Positions 40,101-47,778 of a stretch of DNA of 64,000 nt are shown one piece after another (positions within the stretch are counted from its first letter, which is position 1; the number at the start of each line of letters is the position of its first letter). The stretch is from Oligoflexales bacterium (GTDB taxonomy: Bacteria; Bdellovibrionota_B; Oligoflexia; Oligoflexales; Bog-1112): contig JBGCEP010000006.1 in the NCBI GenBank assembly GCA_045106415.1, forward strand, positions 8,687 through 72,686, given 5' to 3'. The translations under genes were made by a program, and so were the position numbers. The notes below the pieces were generated by a model, which had not been told where the DNA came from, searched no databases, and worked only from the letters and a program-made list of their open reading frames with translations.

Positions 40101-40615
40101 ATATTTTTGTTGATTTACAATTACCAGACCTAAAATGTAAAGAATTTTTTGAGGTTCAGGTGTCTTGGGCCACGAATGAAAGTATTTTGGCCACAGAATC
40201 AATAAAGAAAAAAATTGGAGCTGAGCAAGTTCTTTTAGGAGAGTGGGAGAAGTATCGTGATATTAGGTATGATAATGACGTTGAGTTAGACTTATACATT
40301 GATGCTGAGGGAGATGTTTCTGATCGTTTTCAAGTAGGTTTAACTTTAACGCACAACTGGTTCGGTGACCTTCAGGTGGATTTGATTCATCCCTCAGGAA
40401 AAGAAGTGCGGTTGATAGGAGATTCTCGCGATGATGAAAGCTATTTTTCTGGCTGGCTTCCTAAAGATAGGCATCCTGTTGAAAATATGAATAAAATAAT
40501 TGGCCTCCCATTAAGAGGCCTTTGGAAATTAAGGGTGAAGGACATTCAACCCGATGAGCATGGCGCGATCACAGGTTGGAAACTCAGAGATTATGTGAAT
40601 GTAGGGTGCGGATAA
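37181..40615 (+). CDS. Large lipoprotein M36/M4-like zinc metallopeptidase with Ig-like N-terminal region and C-terminal proprotein-convertase P domain
   Basis: Lipobox LSSC; PEGATLSAKGWFSWRP; DDAEDPDVIIHELTH; GAIGEGAGD; THNWFGDLQVDLIHPSG...GLWKLRVKD...GWKL. Confidence 0.82.
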   Translation: MILFFLVFNILSSCEQIPDSELSVTKLMMDVDHLLKLTASDQEIVIPRNIPEGATLSAKGWFSWRPESSRVHHNELIEVLYWLKKNDEKIIQKSLFFQIVSFDESLKKSEELVCLRDFKFKKNHPHQKFLLLQNQPLNEIIYKKSIHIISQENNENSLYEVDLTCVSHPDEVTEEKKEFKKSHHVLLLNNFSTWDFNPEGNKYDYAIEKGGIGLHLSEDGYLHFKSDISQKKQHPTMISFWVTDGFSSWREQALIRFDKKCEKIEHQYSQVNSPRVNFRDRGIDYFASKFDQKSCVQKIFNVKTQGEFPNVLWEIIQNQGTAMQSIVIKTSPYKGYLNISLNPQIDFEKDILSLDKKSELEWVISFLPGPGSGERNISFIADNGRSKKIFHIKTHVEEIKTKKSLSSTFHTHGGLKLYLIKDLDKNKHLSVSDQLKEYLHLYRINQINLILNRKKESFLGSHYIYDFYREGKKYLDQNFIVSTYRNEIQQEIIYSIYNGIMSLSDEFGSSGQENTFFSGRREVRREVSRLKNPPVSVEYLKDVHTEEVLSKSMLSSSRYQIYLPRNLHQNNTLRATYQNHLKIDRSTELTSGRALVFEISPFFSLKDPLLSDSSPHELFYQAYQWRSLKNIQLDRGIFKLAGPRVQILDRQAPFTGQGDQSHDVWKKGRGSTSWLAAQTYYHLDSMLGYLEKIGFSEDKTLVSYPLTADPDAMNGSDNSSYDPVLKSLFFGRGGVDDAEDPDVIIHELTHALLDSMIPNFKGGDSGAIGEGAGDDLAVSYRRRHSISHDVNSKIFSWDGMHSWGGRRTNVLYSFYNHGVDHDAHMDMGGFLSDELWSTPLVTAREILLKKGYSHEILDRVILQGYLGIGYSPKMRDVATHIVHVAKIMGYEEIAEVFLDRFHWHGILSDKTKKIFLKVGKNQGLWASNKKIKIPLHLANYSSQDLESSMVFISGEKIQVPPLFIPKLKSAENKNIFVDLQLPDLKCKEFFEVQVSWATNESILATESIKKKIGAEQVLLGEWEKYRDIRYDNDVELDLYIDAEGDVSDRFQVGLTLTHNWFGDLQVDLIHPSGKEVRLIGDSRDDESYFSGWLPKDRHPVENMNKIIGLPLRGLWKLRVKDIQPDEHGAITGWKLRDYVNVGCG

Positions 40616-40633
40616 ATAAAGGGAGAATTTTAA

Positions 40634-40918
40634 ATGGATCAAAATCTTAAAGAAAATCTTAAGCATGAAGACACATGGAAGCGTGGATTTATTATGCTGC
40701 TCTTTATTATCTGCTATGCGGTTGCAGAAGGTGTTGCTTCAGTTGTCATGATTATCCAATTTTTATGGGTCTTAATCACTCGTCAGCCTAACCCTAAATT
40801 GACGATGCTTGGCTGTGATTTGGCAAGTTACTTTCAGCAGCTTGTCTTATATTTGACATGGAATCATGACCAGAAACCTTGGCCTATTGGTGATTGGCCA
40901 TCAACGAAGAAAAAATAG
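40634..40918 (+). CDS. DUF4389-family membrane protein
   Basis: WKRGFIMLLF...QFLWVLIT..PN..L...G..LA.Y..Q...YLT.N...KPWP..DWP. Confidence 0.8.
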   Translation: MDQNLKENLKHEDTWKRGFIMLLFIICYAVAEGVASVVMIIQFLWVLITRQPNPKLTMLGCDLASYFQQLVLYLTWNHDQKPWPIGDWPSTKKK

Positions 40919-40928
40919 AGACACTGAT

Positions 40929-42947
40929 ATGCATATTTTTCCAGATTCGAAGAAAATTCGTGTGGTTTTTGCTAGCCGGGCTGAAGAACTCCTCTATGAA
41001 GAGTGTGTTTCTCAGTTAAAGGGTGATTGGCGTGTTTATTATTCCTGTAATTTATCAGATGTCGATCAACAAAGAGGTTTGCAAGATAATGAAATTGACT
41101 TTGTTTTATACCACCCGAAGTGGGGACTTTTTGTTGTTGAAGTTAAAGGCGGGCGAGTGCGTTATGATAAAGACGCAAGGAGTTATTTTTCTGTAGATCG
41201 TTATGATAGGTCTCATAGAATTAAAAATCCATTTAAACAAGCTTTAGTGTGGAAAAGCCGTTTTTATCGCTACTTGAAAAAAAGATCTGTTCATGTCCCT
41301 ATGGTTCACGTGGTCTGTTTACCTTCTGTTGATGCTCAAAATTTCCCTGAAATGAGCGGTGTCGAAAAAAAGTTGCTAGTTGGTCGCGCAGAAATGAATG
41401 ATCTGGAGAGAAACTTTATTCAAATTGCAGAAGCTTCACATCAGTCTCATTATCTCGATTTTAAAGATGTTGGTACTAAACTTGATACTATTCTTGTCGG
41501 TTCAAATTTTTCCACCAAACTACACATACGTGATTATATAGATCACCATGAACTTAAAGTGAAAGATTATGAAACGATTTATGAAACATTAATGACTCCT
41601 ATTGCCAGCCGAGAGCAACTTGCTGTAGAGGGTGAGGCTGGTACAGGAAAAACGCTGATAGCCATATTATTGGCAACACACTTTAGGGACCAAGATCAAA
41701 AAGTTCTTCTTCTTTCATCCAACCCTGTTTTGAATAGTTTTTTAAAAGATCAGGTTGGTGTTGGGATTGAGGTTGAAACTTATGTTGATTTCGCAAAAAA
41801 ATTTGGAGTGAATTTACTTAAGTCTCCTTCAGGTTATGAAGGAAGTAAAACAGACTGGAGTCAAATTGATGCGCCAGTACTTTTTAGAGACTATGTCGAT
41901 AAATTAGAAGAAAATGAAAGATTTGATGTTTTAATTTGCGATGAAGCACAAGATGTCCAACCTTTTTGGTGGGACCCTATTCGAGCTTTAGTGAAAGAAA
42001 ATGGTCGTTTTTATTTGTTTTTTGACCGATCACAAGGAGTGTTTGGTTCAGGTGGTTCGGATAAAAAATTTGATCCAGATGAAGCGTTGCCTATACCTGG
42101 CCCATTTTTTCCATTAGTGCACAGTTATAGAACTACAAAAGAAATAGCAAGTTTTGCAAGGCCTTTTCGTACAGGTGGAGATGTTCTTCATAGTCACTGT
42201 GGCCGGATGGGGTATGTTCCAGAGGTTATAGAATATTCGGATGAGAATGATTTTCAAGTTCAAATGACAAGGCTTGTAAGAAAGCTTGTGTTCCAGGAGT
42301 TTTTGCAGCCAGATGAGGTCACTCTACTCTCAGCAAGAGAGCCTGATCATGAAGCTTCAATGATGAAAAATATACATGAAATAGCAAGGCTGAAAATCCA
42401 TCGAATGAAAGTAAAAGAAGGTGATGAATGGAAAAAGATTAATGCTGGAAAAAATCAAATAGCTCTATCTACGATATCAAAATTTAAAGGTTTGGAAACA
42501 AAAGTAGGAATTATAGTTAATATAAGTGAATATAATCTTCCTTTATCGAATCCAATTATGTCTTCATTGTTTTATGTGGCGTGTACTCGAGCGAAACATA
42601 TGTTGTATGTTTTTGTTAAAAAAGACACGGATAAATCTTTTTATCTGAAAAAGTCTCTTGATAATATAGACCACTCAGGAACTATGGTTGTTCGTGGTGG
42701 GGAAAGAGATTTTAGGCTTACAGGTGTGGTTCGCTACTATAACTCAGATAGAGTTGGATGGCTTAGAATATCTGAAAATAATGTTGATAAAAAAATGATC
42801 ATGTTTTTCCCTGAAGATGTCAAAATAGCTGGGTTGTCGAACCTTATTGAAAAAGGAACAAAGCTAGATTTTAGATTGCAAGCAGAATCACATGAAGTTT
42901 GTGCTGTTGATCTTCAGTTGTCGAAAAAACCTGAGTTTTCAGAGTGA
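40929..42947 (+). CDS. NERD nuclease - superfamily 1 helicase with a C-terminal cold-shock-like OB domain
   Basis: EIDFVLYHP.WGLFVVEVKGG; Walker A GEAGTGKT; DEAQD; STISKFKGLE; YVACTRAK; C-terminal TGVVRYYN..RVGWL...KGTKLDF. Confidence 0.85.
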   Translation: MHIFPDSKKIRVVFASRAEELLYEECVSQLKGDWRVYYSCNLSDVDQQRGLQDNEIDFVLYHPKWGLFVVEVKGGRVRYDKDARSYFSVDRYDRSHRIKNPFKQALVWKSRFYRYLKKRSVHVPMVHVVCLPSVDAQNFPEMSGVEKKLLVGRAEMNDLERNFIQIAEASHQSHYLDFKDVGTKLDTILVGSNFSTKLHIRDYIDHHELKVKDYETIYETLMTPIASREQLAVEGEAGTGKTLIAILLATHFRDQDQKVLLLSSNPVLNSFLKDQVGVGIEVETYVDFAKKFGVNLLKSPSGYEGSKTDWSQIDAPVLFRDYVDKLEENERFDVLICDEAQDVQPFWWDPIRALVKENGRFYLFFDRSQGVFGSGGSDKKFDPDEALPIPGPFFPLVHSYRTTKEIASFARPFRTGGDVLHSHCGRMGYVPEVIEYSDENDFQVQMTRLVRKLVFQEFLQPDEVTLLSAREPDHEASMMKNIHEIARLKIHRMKVKEGDEWKKINAGKNQIALSTISKFKGLETKVGIIVNISEYNLPLSNPIMSSLFYVACTRAKHMLYVFVKKDTDKSFYLKKSLDNIDHSGTMVVRGGERDFRLTGVVRYYNSDRVGWLRISENNVDKKMIMFFPEDVKIAGLSNLIEKGTKLDFRLQAESHEVCAVDLQLSKKPEFSE

Positions 42948-42959
42948 TGAGAGGTTGTT

Positions 42960-43652
42960 TTGAATTTCTTTTATTTATTTGTATCTTTTTTTTATAGCTT
43001 GTCTGCATTTTCAATTGGACAACATGATGTGGTTGAAGTGATGTATGCTGTTGCATATAAGCAGGGAACCAACGATGTTCTTTATAAAGAAGAGCATCAG
43101 ATGACTTATCGAGAAGGAAAAATTTTCAAATCAAAGACATTGTATAAAGATTCTTATAATAGCATTATTGCTAGTATGATATCTGATTATAGTCGAAGTG
43201 TAATGCTTCCTAGTTGTGTGTTTAAAGATTTTAAAGCAAAAAAATCTGAAGGCCTTATTTTTAGAAATGGAAAATATTTCATCTTTTCAGAGGAAGAAAA
43301 AGGAAAAAGAAAAGAAAAGCTTTTGGAGAAAACAAAAGAAATTTTCTCTTGTCAAGGATGGCATTATTATCTTGTGAATAGGTTAGATGAAATCGGTGAG
43401 GAAGGATTAGAGTTTAATCTCATTTTTCCATCGCAGCTTGATTACTATGCTTTTGATTTGAAAAAAGAAGGGGGATCAGAGAATTTGTTATCGTTAAGTT
43501 TACAATTTAGCAATTGGTTTATTCGAATTTTCGCCCCTCGTTTAGACTTGGTCTATGATACACAGAAAAAAAAATTAGTCTCATATCAAGGTCCTTCAAA
43601 TCTTATGGACGCAGAAGGTGAAGTTCAGTATGTAAAGGTCATTTATCAATAA
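42960..43652 (+). CDS. Hypothetical secreted protein
   Basis: Signal peptide; conserved-looking LYKEEH and L.YD...KL..YQGPSNL motifs. Confidence 0.7.
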   Translation: MNFFYLFVSFFYSLSAFSIGQHDVVEVMYAVAYKQGTNDVLYKEEHQMTYREGKIFKSKTLYKDSYNSIIASMISDYSRSVMLPSCVFKDFKAKKSEGLIFRNGKYFIFSEEEKGKRKEKLLEKTKEIFSCQGWHYYLVNRLDEIGEEGLEFNLIFPSQLDYYAFDLKKEGGSENLLSLSLQFSNWFIRIFAPRLDLVYDTQKKKLVSYQGPSNLMDAEGEVQYVKVIYQ

Positions 43653-43913
43653 GCAATCTATACGATTGTTTTTTAAAATTCTTAAGCGAAATGGTTGAAT
43701 AATTTTCTTTCTCTTTTTTTTAATTTTCTTTTTACTATTGATGCTTTAGCGTGAATTAGCAGAGTCATTCATATTGTGTGTGGATATTGCGGTTGACAAG
43801 CATCTTTATTTATATGAGTGTAGCCCAGGCATCATTGCTTAATATCTATTTTTCGAGTGTAATTTTTAATTTTTATTACAAAAAATTGACTGGAAAAAAT
43901 TTAGAGGGTTCCA

Positions 43914-45035
43914 GTGAAGCGTATTTATATACATGGGGTTGGGGCTGTTTCAGGCCGTGGCTATGGGCTTGAACAGCATCGTCAACCATGGTCGCAATGT
44001 CGGATGTCTCGCTACGACGGCATAGGGTGGGGCGTTTCTGTTCATGAGAATGTGGAAGCTCAACTTAAGAATTTTTCATCTACATTAAAAAAATTTGATC
44101 GAGCAACACAACTTGGTGTGTTAGCAGCAGAGCTTGCATTGATGAATTCTTCATTTTCTTATGATAAATCGAAAATGGGTGTTGTTGTAGGCTCATCGCG
44201 CGGATCTACTCAAACTTTAGAAGAACAGTATCGTCTTTTTTTAGAAGGATCTGCTATTTCTAGTTTTTGTAGCCCGTTGACCACTGCAGGGGTGTTTTCA
44301 GCAGCGATCGCTCGTGAATTTGGGTTATTTGGAATGCAGGTAAGCGTTTCAAATGCTTGTGCTACAGGTTTGCAGGCGTTCGGCCTTGCGCTCTCTTTAG
44401 TCTCTTCAGGTGTTGTGCCTGCTTGTTTGACGGGTGGAGCGGAAGCTCCCTTGACTTCTTTTACATTTGAACAATTTAAGAGGTTGCGCTTACTTAGTCA
44501 ACATTCAGCTCCTTGGCCATTAAGGCCAAGAGAGTCGACTGGAATGGCTCTTGGTGAGGGAGCGGGATGTCTTGTGATATCAAGTGAAAAATCAGATGTG
44601 TTAGTGCGAGGTTTTGGATCATCTTCTGAAGAAGGTAGCTTAACCGGTGTGAGTAATACAGCTTTAAGTCTACAGGCAGCAATTGTTCAATGTTTAGGTT
44701 GTTCTGGTTTAAAAATATCAGATATTGACCTCATTGTAGGCCATGGTGTCGGCACTAAAGTAGGTGATCTTGCAGAAAAAGCTGGATTAGAAGCTCTTGG
44801 TGCAAAAAACATTCCATGGGTGTCTCATAAATGGGCTCTCGGCCATACTTTAGGTGCAGCTGGAAGTTTGTCGATTGCGTTCGCTGTTGATATGTTGCGA
44901 GGCGCAAAAATAAAGAATTGCTCATGGTATCAATCAAAAGAATTAGATGTAGATCTTCATAATATATTGGTCGTTGCTATGGGATTTGGTGGTATAGCAT
45001 CTGCAGTTTTGATAAGTAAAAATTTAGAAAGATAG
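43914..45035 (+). CDS. Stand-alone beta-ketoacyl synthase (FabF-like)
   Basis: SNACATG (catalytic Cys), GGAEAP, LGEGAG, HGVGT, KWALGHTLGAAG, GFGG. Confidence 0.85.
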   Translation: MKRIYIHGVGAVSGRGYGLEQHRQPWSQCRMSRYDGIGWGVSVHENVEAQLKNFSSTLKKFDRATQLGVLAAELALMNSSFSYDKSKMGVVVGSSRGSTQTLEEQYRLFLEGSAISSFCSPLTTAGVFSAAIAREFGLFGMQVSVSNACATGLQAFGLALSLVSSGVVPACLTGGAEAPLTSFTFEQFKRLRLLSQHSAPWPLRPRESTGMALGEGAGCLVISSEKSDVLVRGFGSSSEEGSLTGVSNTALSLQAAIVQCLGCSGLKISDIDLIVGHGVGTKVGDLAEKAGLEALGAKNIPWVSHKWALGHTLGAAGSLSIAFAVDMLRGAKIKNCSWYQSKELDVDLHNILVVAMGFGGIASAVLISKNLER

Positions 45036-45042
45036 GTCTTTT

Positions 45043-46005
45043 ATGCTTGAGTCTTTTCGAAAGTTTTTTCCTGGTTTATGTCTTGTTACGTTTGTAGCAT
45101 GTGCAGCTAAAATTTTGTCTCCAACTTTGCCAGGTTTGGGTGCCGCAACCTTAGCTGTGCTTTTAGGAATGATGGTTCGCTTTGTGTTGCCGGATAATGG
45201 TATGTGGAAGTACGGAGTGCGATGGGTTGAAAAAAAGGTTCTTGGGGTCGCAGTAGCCCTTTTGGGTTTTGGTCTTGATGTTGAGTTTTTAGTGAATATG
45301 GGTCAAGGAGCTTTGGCTGTTCTTAGTTTATCTGTGATAGCAACGCTTTTACTAGGCTTGGTAATTATTCGAGTGATCCGAGTCAACTGGCACTGTGGTT
45401 TTTTAATTGCTATTGGCAATGCTTTTTGTGGTGCTTCAGCCATTGTGGCATCAGCAGGAGTTTTGAAAAGTGATAGCAAAGACATAGCGCTTTCGGTTGG
45501 GGTTATCAGTCTTTTAGGTACAGCGGGGATCTTCTTTATGCCGCCGTTGGTTCATTTTTTAGACCTGAGTGTAAGAGATGCTGCATTGTTGTCAGGTGGT
45601 GGGCTGCAAGCTATAGGACATGTCGCTGCTGTGGGCCATAGTTTGGGTGAAGAAATAGCTGAGTTAGCCATGGCTTTTAAGATGTTTCGGATTATTTTAC
45701 TCATACCTTTTTTGATGATTTTAGGTTTATGGGGTGGTAGTTCAAAAAGAGCTGTTATGCCACCTTATTATGTCTTTGGATTTGCATTAGCTATTCTAAT
45801 GCGGTGGTTTGAGTTGATTTCATATGAGTTGGCAGAATCAATTGGTGATGTAGCGCATATGCTCCTTGTGGGCATTATGGCAGGCTTAGGCTTAGGTATT
45901 GACCTGCCTTCTCTCATGAGGCAAGGGTCTAAAATTATAGTTATGGGAGTTATGAGTTTTATGAGTTTGTTGGGTGTTGTATACGGCCTTTCGCAAGTTT
46001 TTTGA
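45043..46005 (+). CDS. YeiH / putative sulfate exporter family membrane protein
   Basis: Multiple TM helices; GNAFCGASAIVA; KMFRIILL. Confidence 0.88.
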   Translation: MLESFRKFFPGLCLVTFVACAAKILSPTLPGLGAATLAVLLGMMVRFVLPDNGMWKYGVRWVEKKVLGVAVALLGFGLDVEFLVNMGQGALAVLSLSVIATLLLGLVIIRVIRVNWHCGFLIAIGNAFCGASAIVASAGVLKSDSKDIALSVGVISLLGTAGIFFMPPLVHFLDLSVRDAALLSGGGLQAIGHVAAVGHSLGEEIAELAMAFKMFRIILLIPFLMILGLWGGSSKRAVMPPYYVFGFALAILMRWFELISYELAESIGDVAHMLLVGIMAGLGLGIDLPSLMRQGSKIIVMGVMSFMSLLGVVYGLSQVF

Positions 46006-46088
46006 TAAGAGTGTTACAGTATTGGAGGATTTTTTTAATCATAAATTTAATATGTTACGACGGCTGGTGTGAATTTACTTAAATCTAC

Positions 46089-46722
46089 CTACGCAGATTT
46101 AAAATCAAATTTTTGCTTCAGAGAAGATAGTTTCACTTTTCTCATATGAGAAAAGTCAGAGTCTTCTTCTCCACAAACTGACACCGCGCAGCTCGCGGCC
46201 ATCTTTAGATTTAAAGTAGCGTTGATATCTCTATCATGCTGCAAAGAACAGTTTGTACATGTCCAAAATCTTTGAGATAGTTGAATGTCATGTCGAGTCA
46301 AACACTCCGAGCACAGCTTTGTTGAAGGAAAGAAACGGTCTATAACCACAACCTGAGACCGAGTTGTCTTCTAAACTCATAAAAAACCATATCTGCTATA
46401 GACCTTGCCCCCTTTTTTCTTATACTGAGGATAGGAAACTTTCTTCTGAAAAAACCTCTGGTAAGCTGTCCCAAGATTTTTAATAGCCTACTGAGGAGCA
46501 CACTTATTAACCTCAAGCATCCAAGGGTATTGCTCCCTTTCAATAGTAAGTATTGAGCTCTTTGCGTAAACCCATCTCGTTTGGTTTTTCACCAAGTTTA
46601 TAGAGTTTTTTCCAACGGCTTAAGCCCCAATTATAGGAAAAACGAGCTATCCCTGCAGATTTATCACAGAAAGCTCTTTGTTTATTATTGGGATTTAAAG
46701 CAATTTTATGAACTCGAATCAT
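46089..46722 (-). pseudogene. tnpB: TnpB (IS200/IS605/IS607 group) pseudogene, internally deleted and frameshifted
   Basis: N-terminus MIRVHKIALNPN...GIARFSYNWGL; then RSIADMVFYEFRRQL; C-terminus DRFFPSTKLCSEC...CTNC...HDRDINATLNL; central RuvC segment missing. Confidence 0.88.
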
Positions 46723-46759
46723 GAGGCCACTTTTTTCTTAAGGTGGCGGCGTCTTCCAT

Positions 46760-47638
46760 AATGGCGAGCGGAGAATACTGTCATCAAAGTGATGACTGGA
46801 ATTCCACAAAAAAATTGACACTTGGGGAATTCCAATGTTTAAAACAATCCCGTAAGACGATTTATAAATGGCAATTAAAGTTGAGGACAATAGGGTCTAT
46901 GGAATCTAATAAAAATGGGCCCAAAGGGATGTCGAAAAAAATAAAAGATCTTAATGTTTTAAAATTTGTAGAAAAAAAAGCAGATCACAATTCAGAAGAA
47001 ATAGCCAAGGATTGAGGTATATCACTGGTTCTACCATACGATGGTATTTACGCAGTGTGAATTTCACATATAATAAAAATATTTGGATGCAAAAAACGTT
47101 GTGAAATAAAGTGAGGTGTTTTTCAAAAGAAAATCAGTGACAAATCTGAGAAGAAATTATTTTTTGGTATGAAATGTGGCGTTAAACATAATGAAGCATG
47201 ATCAATATGGTTAGGTGTACAAAAGCTCAAATCTTTATGGCTTTAAAGGAAGTTCACAATATAATGCTGTGAATATTATTGGATCCTTAACCTTTAAAAG
47301 GAGAGCTGATTGCTCCTTTTGTTTTTGAAGGGACCTGTGACGTCGAGGTCTTCAAGGCTTATATTAAGTTTGTTTTTAAGCTCTTATTTAAATGAAAATG
47401 TTGTCGTAGTACTTGATAACGCATCATTTCATAGTGCTTCAGATATTATCGAAATAGTAAAAGAAAAAGGAACTGAAGTTATTTATCTTCCTCCATATAG
47501 TTCAGGATTTAAACCAACAAAACATGAATGCAATAGTGTTAAAAAAAAATCAGGAAAATTTTAAAAGATGGATGCGATTCAGTTTTTTAAGCAACTTGTA
47601 AAGCACTAAAAAGTGTGTAAAAAAACGTTAATGCTATA
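46760..47638 (+). mobile_element. IS630-family transposase remnant
   Basis: HTH-like SRKTIYKWQLK; DDE segment VVVLDNASFH...IYLPPYS; multiple stops and frameshifts; probable TA end near 47638; boundaries approximate. Confidence 0.8.
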
Positions 47639-47778
47639 AAAAAATAAAATTACAAAAATGTCACTTTGGAATGATCAATGTCGGATAAATTGTGTGGGCC
47701 TCAGTAACTTATCCTTTGAATTTTACTGAGAAGTGAGGTGTTTAGAATTTTAAATGTTTCATAGTAGAGAGTTATGTT

